Source of the DNA: Corynebacterium amycolatum
GTDB lineage: Bacteria; Actinomycetota; Actinomycetes; Mycobacteriales; Mycobacteriaceae
Reading direction: 5' to 3' (one strand)
Length of the DNA stretch: 32,000 nt
NCBI RefSeq assembly: GCF_049243625.1
Contig: NZ_CP046975.1
Position numbers and translations under genes: made by a program. The notes under the pieces are model-generated. The model was given only the letters and a program-made list of their open reading frames with translations, ran no database searches and had not been told where the DNA came from. This document shows positions 10,626 through 19,057 of this stretch, piece after piece (the stretch's first letter is position 1; every line of letters starts with the position of its first letter).

Positions 10626-12200
10626 TCAATCAGCGAATCCTTCCAGTCGCTGTGTGAGTGCTTCAGCCAGCTGTTCACGGTCATCGAACGGGTGAATCAC
10701 GCCACCGATATCCTGGCCGGTTTCGTGCCCTTTGCCTGCCACCACGATGCTGTCGCCGCTGCGGGCAAGCTCGACGACACGGCGAATTGCCTGGCCACGA
10801 TCGCCGATTTCCTCAACAACCGTGTCAGAACTGGCCTTGCCGCTGGCAACGGCTTCCTTCGCACCAGCGACCACGGCCGCACGGATTTCAGAGGGCACCT
10901 CAGAGCGTGGATTGTCATCAGTGATGATGACGACATCGGCACCGCAAGCAGCCTCAGCTCCCATAATTGGACGCTTGGCACTATCGCGGTCGCCACCGGC
11001 GCCGACGACAACCAACACGCGACCTTCGGTCTGTGCACGCAATGTGGCCAACACCTCAGCTACTGCGGCTGGCTTGTGGGCATAGTCCACCACAGCCAGG
11101 AAGTCCTGTCCGCGATCGATGCGCTCCATCCGACCCGGCACACGTACCTGTGCCAGACCGCTCTTGGCCGCGTCATTGGCATGCCTAACCGCATCGAGCA
11201 CAGCCCAGGCAACTGTGGCATTGGCAACGTTGAAAGCACCCGGCAGAGGAACTTCCACCTCAACTGTGTGAGTGTTATTTCGCGTTAGCTCCACATGCTG
11301 GACACCATTAGTGGTGACGGTCGCTGCAGCAGCGTGCCATTCTGCAAAAACCTCGGCAGCTGGTGTCTTGTCGGTTACGCGATGCTGAGTGTGGACAGTG
11401 GTGACTTGGACATCCGGGTCGCCGGCAGCGATATCCGCCATGCGGACACCCCAGTCGTCGTCAATGCACACGACAGCTTTCGGTGCATGCGTCGAACCTG
11501 CGGGATCAAAGAGCTTGGCCTTGGCTTGGAAATACTCTTCCAAGGTCTTGTGGAAGTCCAGGTGATCCTGCGAGAGATTGAGGAAACATCCGACGTTGAA
11601 ACTGACTCCGTCTACACGCCCCAGCGACAGTGCGTGAGAAGAAACCTCCATGACAACATGCGTCACGCCTTCGGAGAGCATCTGGTGGAACAGGCGCTGG
11701 AGGGCCGGAGCCTCTGGGGTAGTCAGGCTCGACGGAACGGCACGGCCATTGATGCGCGTGCCGGTAGTACCAATGATGCCTGTCGAGCATCCAGCTGCCA
11801 GCAGCGCGCCCTCCAGCATGTAGGTCGTGGTGGTCTTGCCAGAGGTGCCTGTCACCCCAATGATGGTCAGTGAATCCGAGGGGTGATCGTAGATTTCTGC
11901 AGCAACGTGCCCCATGACAGCCCGGACATCGTCGACAACCAGGACTGGGCGAGCCTCCCCTGCTTCCCGCAGGATTTTCAGACCTTCCTCATCAGTCAGG
12001 ATCGCTGTAGCAGCCGACTGCTGCGCGTAGCGCGCACCGTGCGTGCGAGTACCTGGGACGGCAGCAAACATTCCGCCTTCAGGTACGTCGGCAGCGTTGA
12101 GTTCGATTGCGGCGATATCCGCTCCTGCCGCCGCGGATTCGGTAATGCCGTCAAGTCGGCCATGGGCGAGGTTACACAATTTCGCAAGGGTGGCGGTCAT
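10626..12200 (-). CDS. murE: UDP-MurNAc-L-Ala-D-Glu--2,6-diaminopimelate ligase
   Basis: 524 aa. P-loop GVTGTSGKTTTTYM and a DNPR motif (ITDDNPRSE) typical of meso-DAP-adding MurE. RBS AGAGGGA upstream of the ATG at 12200. Confidence 0.94.
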   Translation of the reverse strand: MTATLAKLCNLAHGRLDGITESAAAGADIAAIELNAADVPEGGMFAAVPGTRTHGARYAQQSAATAILTDEEGLKILREAGEARPVLVVDDVRAVMGHVAAEIYDHPSDSLTIIGVTGTSGKTTTTYMLEGALLAAGCSTGIIGTTGTRINGRAVPSSLTTPEAPALQRLFHQMLSEGVTHVVMEVSSHALSLGRVDGVSFNVGCFLNLSQDHLDFHKTLEEYFQAKAKLFDPAGSTHAPKAVVCIDDDWGVRMADIAAGDPDVQVTTVHTQHRVTDKTPAAEVFAEWHAAAATVTTNGVQHVELTRNNTHTVEVEVPLPGAFNVANATVAWAVLDAVRHANDAAKSGLAQVRVPGRMERIDRGQDFLAVVDYAHKPAAVAEVLATLRAQTEGRVLVVVGAGGDRDSAKRPIMGAEAACGADVVIITDDNPRSEVPSEIRAAVVAGAKEAVASGKASSDTVVEEIGDRGQAIRRVVELARSGDSIVVAGKGHETGQDIGGVIHPFDDREQLAEALTQRLEGFAD

Positions 12201-12338
12201 TGGCTGTTCCCTCTTTCAAGTCAGTCGTTGGTGTACAACAGGTTGGAAAAATTCAAGAGATTCACTTTGCAGAAACCAAAGTAATAAAAGTCTGTGTATT
12301 AGTGCTGCCGCGGTAACTTCATTGTGGTGGTGACCTCG

Positions 12339-14420
12339 TTACGGCTGCAGCAACAACTTGCCCTCGCGGGGTGGCGACGGCGGTACGTTGTAGCGGTTAA
12401 GCGCCCAAGCGGCGATGTCCTTAAACAGTGGGGCCGCTGACTGGCCGCCGTCACCATGGACACCACGCTGGGGTTCGTCAAGCATGATGCCAATGACGAA
12501 ACGGGGATCGTCGGCAGGCGCGATGCCTGCAAACGTGATGTAGTACTTGGAATTCGAGTACGCGCCGGTGTCGGGGTCGACCTTCTGCGCCGTACCTGTC
12601 TTGCCTGTGAGCGAGTATCCCTCAATACTATTGCCGGCAGCGGTACCCGACTGCTGCCCCGTGGGATCAGACTGCATAACGCCTTCAAACATGGCGCGCA
12701 CAGTTTGGGCGGTCTCCGGACTAACCACACGCACTGTTTCCGGGCGCTCCGTTGCCGTCTTCGTGCCGTCCGGGGAAATTGTCGAGCGAATCATACGCGG
12801 CGGGATGCGCTCGCCATCGTTGGCAATTGCCTGGAAAACTCCTGTCATCTGCAGCAGTGTCATGGCCATACCCTGACCAATGGGCAGGTTCGCAAACGTA
12901 CCGCCAGACCACTGCGGACGCTGCGGCACCAGGCCGGACGATTCACTGGGCAACTCGATACCCGTGGACTGCCCCAGCCCGAAGAGGTGCAGCATCTCCG
13001 CGAAGCGGTCCTGCCCCAAACGCTCTGCCAGCATTAGGGTGCCGACATTGGAGGACTTGCCGAATACACCGGTCGTCGTGAAAGCTTCCGTGCCGTGGTC
13101 CCATGCATCGCGCACAGTGACACCCGCCATATCAATAGTGCCCGGGACCTGCAGAACCTCATCCGGTGTGGTCTTGCCGTCTTCGATGGCGGCCGCGGCG
13201 GTAATGATCTTTGCTACAGAGCCCGGCTCAAATGGGTTCGATACAGCGGAGTTTCCGATAGTGCGCCCCTCTTCGAGCTCGGCCCCCATATCCTTATTCG
13301 GGTTAGCCGTGTCCGCCTGCGCCATTGCTAGCACTTCGCCGGTCTTCGCGTCGAGTACAACTGCCGACGCATCTTTCGCTCCCGAGTTGGCCTTCGCCTG
13401 GTTGACCTGCTGTTGGACAAAGTACTGCATGTCTAGGTCCAGGGTCAGCTCGTATGTCGTACCGTCCACAGCCGCGTGAACATCGCGCGTGGATCCCGGG
13501 ATTGCCACACCGTTGGAGGCGATATCAATGGTCTTGCCACCGTTAATACCCTGCAAAGTGGCATCACGAGAGGCTTCAAAGCCGAACTGGCCGACGCCAT
13601 CCATGCCAATCTTGCCGATGACGTTAGCCGCCGTCGCCCCATTCGGGTACTGGCGAATATCCTGACGCTCCGCCACCAGTTCCGGATACTTTTCCACGAT
13701 GGCAGCGGCCTTGTCCGGATCGACATTACGCACGAGCACCTCGTAGGTGCTGTCCTCATTGCGCAGCTTCTCCAGAATGTCCTTCGAGCTCACCCGGGAC
13801 GGCGCGCTCATCACCGAGTTCTCCTCGGTTTCGGGTTCCGCTTGACGACGGCGACTGCTTCCCGACTTCTCCGCGTCGATGTCGGCCACCTCGAGTAGCT
13901 TCGGCAAATCCTTGGCGATCTGCTCGAGGCGTTCGTCGTAGGCAGCGACATCATCCGGGCGCTGCTTATGTGCGTCCCCAATCCACTTGCGCAAAGTGTT
14001 CGGGTGCACGGTAATACTGCGTGCCTCCATCGTGAAGGCAAGCTGAGCTCCATTACGGTCGAGAATCGCACCGCGCCGAGCTGCATCAACAACTTCCACC
14101 GTGCGCTGATTCTGTGCCGCCGCAGAAAGGTCAGGACCTGCGACGAGCTGCACCCAAGCCAAACGGGAGACCAGCACTACGACTGCGATAGCGCCTATAA
14201 ACTGCAGCCAGTTGCGACGCCGGATGAAGTCCTTATTACTAATGCGCATTTTTTCGCGCGGGGGCACGCTTCGGTTGGTATTAGCATCGAGCCTCCGGCT
14301 GCGCTGACCATCCCGAACTCGACTTTGGTCTCTGCGCTCACGGGATGTAATTCGGTAAGCACGTTCGCCGAAGTCATACCCCCCTCCACGGTTGGGGTAG
14401 TCGTCTTCAGATCGAATCAT
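12339..14420 (-). CDS. ftsI: Class B penicillin-binding protein, division transpeptidase FtsI/PBP3
   Basis: 693 aa with a basic cytoplasmic N-terminus, a single TM (WLQFIGAIAVVVLVS) and transpeptidase motifs (SVAKIIT = SxxK, SSN, KTGTA). An in-frame stop two codons upstream fixes the maximum start at 14420; an internal start cannot be excluded. Confidence 0.92.
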   Translation of the reverse strand: MIRSEDDYPNRGGGYDFGERAYRITSRERRDQSRVRDGQRSRRLDANTNRSVPPREKMRISNKDFIRRRNWLQFIGAIAVVVLVSRLAWVQLVAGPDLSAAAQNQRTVEVVDAARRGAILDRNGAQLAFTMEARSITVHPNTLRKWIGDAHKQRPDDVAAYDERLEQIAKDLPKLLEVADIDAEKSGSSRRRQAEPETEENSVMSAPSRVSSKDILEKLRNEDSTYEVLVRNVDPDKAAAIVEKYPELVAERQDIRQYPNGATAANVIGKIGMDGVGQFGFEASRDATLQGINGGKTIDIASNGVAIPGSTRDVHAAVDGTTYELTLDLDMQYFVQQQVNQAKANSGAKDASAVVLDAKTGEVLAMAQADTANPNKDMGAELEEGRTIGNSAVSNPFEPGSVAKIITAAAAIEDGKTTPDEVLQVPGTIDMAGVTVRDAWDHGTEAFTTTGVFGKSSNVGTLMLAERLGQDRFAEMLHLFGLGQSTGIELPSESSGLVPQRPQWSGGTFANLPIGQGMAMTLLQMTGVFQAIANDGERIPPRMIRSTISPDGTKTATERPETVRVVSPETAQTVRAMFEGVMQSDPTGQQSGTAAGNSIEGYSLTGKTGTAQKVDPDTGAYSNSKYYITFAGIAPADDPRFVIGIMLDEPQRGVHGDGGQSAAPLFKDIAAWALNRYNVPPSPPREGKLLLQP

Positions 14421-14590
14421 GCGCTAGTGCTTTCTACTAAGTCGATTCTCCCGCGCGCGATAACGTTAGGCGGTATTCCCTGCCATCGCGAGTACTGAAT
14501 TAATTAGTCTACAGTCGCCTGACCAGAAACAGTGGAACCGCCAGAATATCGGACAGTTGGCCAGTTTGGCCGTGTTTAGTTTCTCAGTTC

Positions 14591-15385
14591 CTACGGTGCT
14601 GGCGCTGGCTCGGGCGCCGGCACTTCCGGCGCTTCCGGAGCTGGCGCTGGCGCTTCAGCCTCAGGCGCGGGTGCCGGTGCCGGAGCCGGCGCAGGTGCTG
14701 GTGCGTGGTTCTGCGGCGCATACGGAGCAGTTGCCGGCAACCCGTTCGGACGTGGGTGCGCTTCCTCAATAGCCGGTGCCTGCATCCCCGGAACATTCTC
14801 GGTGTCCTTCGGGTTCGACGACGGCGCATGCGGATTATTCGGCGACTCACTGTTGAGGTCGATAATCTCCTGCTGCTTCTCATCGCCCGGTCGCACTTCC
14901 ACGACCTTGCCTTCCGGATCAGTAGTTAAAACGGCAGGTTGCTCCGGATTGACCATGCCCTCTTCCACAGCACGCTGCGCGATAGCGCCGGTTGACTTCA
15001 TGTAAGCAACATCCCGCTCGAGCACCTCCAGCTGGTTACGCAGCTCCTTTTCCTTGGTCTGCGCAGCATCCAGCTGCAAGGATGTCGAGGTCGAAATACC
15101 AGACAGGAACATCGCCATCACGATGCCCGCGACAACGAGAAAAATCATTAGAGCCGCACCGGCAAACTTGTGGCTATCCCTCGAGGACGTCGTAACGCGA
15201 CGCCCCCGCACCGAGATAACCTGCTGAGAACCTGTGCGCCCAAACCGCCGACGCTGATAAAGATCCTTTTCCGTGCGGGCGCTGCGACCGCGCTGACGAG
15301 TCTTCGTCTTGGCACCGGCGACGGTTGCAGACGCGCCGCGGGAGGTGCGCCGGGTGGGGGCGTGCTCCGTGATTGTCGTTGCCAT
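14591..15385 (-). CDS. FtsL-like bitopic division protein with a Pro/Ala-rich C-terminal tail (Rv2164c-type)
   Basis: 264 aa. Basic N-terminus, one TM (AALMIFLVVAGIVMAMFLSGI), a short coiled-coil-like segment (KEKELRNQLEVLERDVAYMK), then a P/A-rich tail ending in (AP)n. Occupies the ftsL slot between rsmH and ftsI. RBS GGGAGAA lies upstream. Confidence 0.75.
   Translation of the reverse strand: MATTITEHAPTRRTSRGASATVAGAKTKTRQRGRSARTEKDLYQRRRFGRTGSQQVISVRGRRVTTSSRDSHKFAGAALMIFLVVAGIVMAMFLSGISTSTSLQLDAAQTKEKELRNQLEVLERDVAYMKSTGAIAQRAVEEGMVNPEQPAVLTTDPEGKVVEVRPGDEKQQEIIDLNSESPNNPHAPSSNPKDTENVPGMQAPAIEEAHPRPNGLPATAPYAPQNHAPAPAPAPAPAPAPEAEAPAPAPEAPEVPAPEPAPAP
14594..14728 (-). repeat. Low-complexity GC-rich coding repeat encoding the (Ala-Pro)n tail of the FtsL-like protein
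   Basis: Plus-strand reiterations of ggcgc(t/c)gg / ggtgccgg encode ...HAPAPAPAPAPAPAPEAEAPAPAPEAPEVPAPEPAPAP. Confidence 0.8.
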
Positions 15386-15450
15386 GCTCGAAAGTTCTCC
15401 CAGTACTTAGATTGTGAAGGGTTCGTTTGGTGCGGTTGAAAAGGGTTGGG

Positions 15451-16491
15451 TCAATCGGCTCGAATTCGCTCGATACAGCGAACTCGCACCGGTGCGGCTC
15501 GGGGGTTGTCTTCGATCTCGCTTGCCGACGCCTTCTCCGCACCTCTCGTGATGAGAGCAAAGTGCGGTTCATGCCCCGGAAGCTCCATCGGGAGCCCCGG
15601 TGGGGTTGTCGACTTCACACGCTCCGCAAAGTCCTTCTTAACGATGCGGTCTTCCAGACTCTGGTAGCTCATGAACACTGCACGCCCATCGACTGCGAGT
15701 GCATCGCAGACCTGCGGCAGCACATTTTCTAGAGCTTCAAGCTCACGATTTACCTCGATACGAAGAGCCTGGAACGTACGTTTGGCCGGGTGTCCGCCCT
15801 TACGGCGAGATGCCGCCGGAATGGTTTCGTAGAGCAGCTCAACCAGACGGCCGGAGGTGGTAAACGGTTCCTTTTCCCGCTCACGCAGGATTGCCGAGGC
15901 AATCTTGCCGGCGAAGCGCTCGTCGCCGTAAGTCGAAAGGATGCGCGCGATATCACCGTGCGAATAGGTATTGAGCACATCCGCTGCGGTAATCCCCTGG
16001 CTTGCATCCATGCGCATGTCCAACGGGGCGTCGACTCGGTAGGCGAACCCACGATTGACCTGATCAAGCTGCATCGAGGAAACACCGAGATCGAAAAGCG
16101 CACCGGCGATACCCTTCTCAGCGGCGCGGGCAAGAATGTTCTCCGCGCCGCTTCCACCAGCGGCTGCAGGAATCTCACCACTGAGGACCTCGGCGAGCGA
16201 ATCGAAACGCACACTGAACCCTACAAAGCGATCACCGAAACGCGCGAGACGCTCTTCTGCCCCGCGCAATGCATTGTCATCGCGATCGAGCCCAACAACG
16301 CAGAGCTTCGGGAACTGCTCCAACAGATATTCCGTGTGCCCACCGGCACCAAGAGTGCCGTCGACAACTACTGCGTCATCACCCAGCGCCTCGATGCCCG
16401 GGCGCAACAAATCAGTTACTCGATGAAGCAAAACGGGGACATGACCAAACTCGCCGGACTTGCGATCATCCGCAGGCGCCGATCCGTTCAT
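15451..16491 (-). CDS. rsmH: 16S rRNA (cytosine1402-N4)-methyltransferase RsmH/MraW
   Basis: 346 aa with [15 protein letters not shown] and [10 protein letters not shown] motifs typical of RsmH. Strong RBS GAGGAGG lies before the ATG at 16491. Confidence 0.96.
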   Translation of the reverse strand: MNGSAPADDRKSGEFGHVPVLLHRVTDLLRPGIEALGDDAVVVDGTLGAGGHTEYLLEQFPKLCVVGLDRDDNALRGAEERLARFGDRFVGFSVRFDSLAEVLSGEIPAAAGGSGAENILARAAEKGIAGALFDLGVSSMQLDQVNRGFAYRVDAPLDMRMDASQGITAADVLNTYSHGDIARILSTYGDERFAGKIASAILREREKEPFTTSGRLVELLYETIPAASRRKGGHPAKRTFQALRIEVNRELEALENVLPQVCDALAVDGRAVFMSYQSLEDRIVKKDFAERVKSTTPPGLPMELPGHEPHFALITRGAEKASASEIEDNPRAAPVRVRCIERIRAD

Positions 16492-16625
16492 TTCCCCTCC
16501 TCACCGGGTATGTTTGCACTGGTCAGAGAATCTATCGAGTGTATTCCCGGTTTGCTTGACGACGAGTGCCGCGCCAGCAACCAGACCGCACCTCATGTGC
16601 ACTACTGGGAATGCTGCTATCGGTG

Positions 16626-16661
16626 CTTAAACAAAAAGCGGGGATGTTCACAGGGCCCCGC
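16626..16661 (-). terminator. Candidate intrinsic terminator/attenuator between mraZ and rsmH
   Basis: Minus-strand RNA: GCGGGG (16661-16656), a 12-nt loop, CCCCGC (16643-16638), then UUUUUGUUU (16637-16629). The short GC-only stem and large loop suggest partial termination at best. Confidence 0.4.
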
Positions 16662-16750
16662 CTGACAGAACCTGGTATCGGGGAAGTACACCAGGGGCTA
16701 TCAGGCAGAGTCCATGCGGACATTCCCTCTTTTCGGTTATTCCAAGCGGT

Positions 16751-17182
16751 TTATAAAACGCCGAACAGCGAGTCATCCTCACCTTCGGAGAAATCAGCTT
16801 CATGCTCCGCTTGGTAGGCCTCCCAGGACTCTTTGTCCCAGATCTCCAGAAAGTCAATAGAACCGATAACCACACACTCTTTGGAGAGATTCGCGTACCG
16901 ACGGTGATCCATCGATAACGTGATTCGCCCGGAACCATCGGGGCGCTGCTCATCGGTGCTCGCCGCAAGATTTCGGATGAAAGCTCGCGCCTTGGCATTC
17001 GTACGAGAGGCCTTAGTGGCCCGCTGAGCTAGTTTGACGAACTCCTCTTTCGGATACACCGCCAGAGAATGATCCTGCCCTTTAGTGACCATCAGGCCAC
17101 CTGCGAGATCCTCGCGGAACTTCGCCGGCAACGTCAGGCGCCCTTTGTCATCAAGCTTCGGAGTATAGGTGCCCAGAAACAT
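16751..17182 (-). CDS. mraZ: Transcriptional regulator MraZ
   Basis: 143 aa, [23 protein letters not shown]..., with the second DxxGR-type repeat ([10 protein letters not shown]). First gene of the dcw cluster. RBS AGGAGG lies upstream. Confidence 0.96.
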   Translation of the reverse strand: MFLGTYTPKLDDKGRLTLPAKFREDLAGGLMVTKGQDHSLAVYPKEEFVKLAQRATKASRTNAKARAFIRNLAASTDEQRPDGSGRITLSMDHRRYANLSKECVVIGSIDFLEIWDKESWEAYQAEHEADFSEGEDDSLFGVL

Positions 17183-17377
17183 GCGTCACTGGCCTCCTAT
17201 CCCCGTGTCAACCTCAATGTCAACGCACAAACGCTTACCGAATTAAGGGATTTAGGCATTGCCTTCAAGCAGAGCCGGAGGGCCGTGCTTTTCCCGCCGT
17301 GCCAAAATCTCGCCAAACTTTAAGCGCAAATCGGATATTCACTTCTGCAATGTTGACCAACCTCAATCAACATCACG

Positions 17378-17404
17378 CCCCACTTTACCCCACTATCTGC
17401 CACT
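17378..17404 (-). promoter_or_regulatory. Candidate MraZ operator: three direct repeats with exact 10-bp phasing, overlapping a candidate mraZ promoter
   Basis: The mraZ-sense strand reads GATAGTGGCA GATAGTGGGG TAAAGTGGGG (plus strand: CCCCACT at 17378 and 17388, TGCCACT at 17398). A possible promoter, TTGATA-16 nt-TAAAGT, lies at 17382-17409. This matches the published MraZ box logic (GTGGG / AAAGTG[G/T] direct repeats). The promoter call alone is low confidence. Confidence 0.6.
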
Positions 17405-17752
17405 ATCAACACAAGAAGGAGAAAAATAGCCGCAATATCAGCGCAACCCCACCGCCGCGACATCTGATTTAACCCACTTGACATGGGCTTTTAAAGAAAC
17501 TCCTCGACAATTAAAGTGCGAACAAAAAGTGGGGCACCCACCCGCAACCCCACAGATAACGACGCCACACCAACCACATAGTTAACAACAGGAGGCCTGC
17601 ACCTCAATACACACCACTTACCTACTAAAAACTATCCAGATTCAACCTGGTCGCCGGAGTTAGCCCGCTGAACTGCAACTTTGTATCGCCGGAGCCAAAC
17701 TTTCAGGAATGCCAGCAACGACTGCAGACAAGAATTCCTCCACCCCAATGGC

Positions 17753-17794
17753 TAAGTGGGGGAAAGTGGGGGATCGCGGTGGGGCAAAGTGGGT
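17753..17794 (+). promoter_or_regulatory. Second array of four MraZ-box-like repeats in the opposite orientation
   Basis: The plus strand reads AAGTGGGGG AAAGTGGGGG ATCGCGGTGGGG CAAAGTGGGT. GTGGG starts at 17756, 17766, 17779 and 17789 (spacing 10/13/10). Function unknown. Confidence 0.4.
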
Positions 17795-17823
17795 GAGATC
17801 TTGTGGAGACGATTCGCGTCTAG

Positions 17824-17878
17824 AAAAACAAAAAAGTGAGGGCAAGCCACCACAGGCTTGCCCTCACTTTTTATCTTT
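17824..17878 (-). terminator. Bidirectional rho-independent terminator downstream of the DUF3040 gene
   Basis: Perfect 14-bp stem AGTGAGGGCAAGCC (17835-17848) / GGCTTGCCCTCACT (17855-17868) with a 6-nt loop. It is flanked by an A-tract (17824-17835) and a T-tract (17868-17872 and beyond), so a U-tract follows the hairpin on both strands. Confidence 0.85.
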
Positions 17879-17891
17879 GAGGCCTGTCCCC

Positions 17892-18335
17892 CTAACGCCC
17901 CTCGAAGCGGCCACGGAAACGTGATTCCAACGTGGAATCACCAGAGGAACCACGACCACCCGAGGCTCCTCGACGACTCTTTGCCGCTCCAGACTTAGAC
18001 TTTCCAAAGTTCAGCCCCGAAGCAGAACTAGACTTCTCCTGCTTACCGGCGCCGGTCAGAGCCCAAACGCCGGAACCGAACATAAGACCAAAGCCGGCTA
18101 CCGACAACACAATGAACCAATTGCTCACAGAGAAAAGAGCGACGCCGCCAATCAGCATCAGCAGACCAAGGAGCATGAGCGCAAAAACCTGGATCGAAAA
18201 CCCACGGCGTGCGCTATTTTCCTCCGGAAAGCTGAACGCATTTCCGGCCATCGTCGAACTAAATTTAGGATCCTCAGCGTAGAGTGCAGACTCGATTTCG
18301 TCGAGCATCCGCTGTTCGTGCTCAGATAGTCCCAC
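17892..18335 (-). CDS. DUF3040-family membrane protein (Rv2169c-like)
   Basis: N-terminal LSEHEQRMLDEIESALYAEDPKF signature, two TM helices and a Ser/Gly/Lys/Arg tail. Start placed at the GTG at 18335, preceded by GGAGGAATT. The ORF-track start at 18428 adds 31 unsupported codons. Confidence 0.8.
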   Translation of the reverse strand: MGLSEHEQRMLDEIESALYAEDPKFSSTMAGNAFSFPEENSARRGFSIQVFALMLLGLLMLIGGVALFSVSNWFIVLSVAGFGLMFGSGVWALTGAGKQEKSSSASGLNFGKSKSGAAKSRRGASGGRGSSGDSTLESRFRGRFEGR

Positions 18336-18565
18336 AATTCCTCCATCGCCTACTTGAGCATTACCCACCGCGATACTGGCGAGCCTCGACCCCTCAACTA
18401 ACAGTGCCGATACAACAAAGTTAATCACAGGCCACCTGCTGCTAACGCGGCGTCCGTTAGCTTCATTCTTACCCCTTCAACGGGCGACTCACCTCTATTG
18501 TTCCATGAATCCCAACAATCCCCCATTTATTTAGGAAAGCAACGCTCTAACACGCTCCCACCGGC

Positions 18566-19057
18566 TTACGCAGCCGCGGGCAGAACACCCAGCTCGGCCC
18601 GGACAGCCCCCAAGAATGCACAACTTAAATCCCACAACTCCTGTGCCCGCTGCGAGTCAATGCGACGCGAAATACCCAACCGGACTTCCTCACGCAGTGC
18701 GGTGAACTGCTCGAATTTGGTGACCCAGCTATCAAATTCGGGCTGCTCTTTCCTTAAACGCAACCAGGCACTCTGTGTTGCCGAACGACGACGCTTAACT
18801 GCTGAGCCCGAACGAGAGCCCGAGCCAGAACCCCCAGCCGCCGATGCATCGTCGCGATTCAACAGCGCGCCTGCGCAGCGCAGTGCCGCACAGTAGGAAA
18901 GCTCCAGCATCTCATCAGAGCCGGCATTCCGAGCATTCGCTAGCAGAGCCTCTGCCCGCCCCAGCAACTCCAGCGATTGCTTTGAGACACCGACCGGGGC
19001 GACCGAACCCGACTGCGAAATCGCCCTAAACTCCACCACGTTCGACCTTGCCACCAC
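18566..19057 (-). CDS. Conserved actinobacterial hypothetical protein, SAV_6107-like (HEPN-like helical fold, no catalytic His)
   Basis: Helical protein whose pattern (LLxxAxxLLxxA...YxAALRxAxALL...SAWxxL...FxxFxxxR) matches what I recall of the SAV_6107 HEPN family found next to DUF3040 genes. Preferred start is the GTG at 19057, 7 nt after the AGGAG core of GAAAGGAGA. The maximal ORF starts at 19081. Family assignment is from memory and has not been searched. Confidence 0.6.
   Translation of the reverse strand: MVARSNVVEFRAISQSGSVAPVGVSKQSLELLGRAEALLANARNAGSDEMLELSYCAALRCAGALLNRDDASAAGGSGSGSRSGSAVKRRRSATQSAWLRLRKEQPEFDSWVTKFEQFTALREEVRLGISRRIDSQRAQELWDLSCAFLGAVRAELGVLPAAA

Noticed and set aside
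17660-17845. Small ORFs in the mraZ upstream region: 17660..17845(-) and 17709..17924(+). A possible 23-codon sORF starts at a TTG at 17731 behind TGGAGGAATT, and the same 10-mer precedes the DUF3040 start at 18336-18345.
   Set aside because: Both track ORFs run through the terminator hairpin and the GTGGG repeat arrays. The shared SD-like 10-mer is intriguing, but one repeat in 32 kb is not far from chance. Without conservation or ribosome-profiling evidence I cannot support a coding call.
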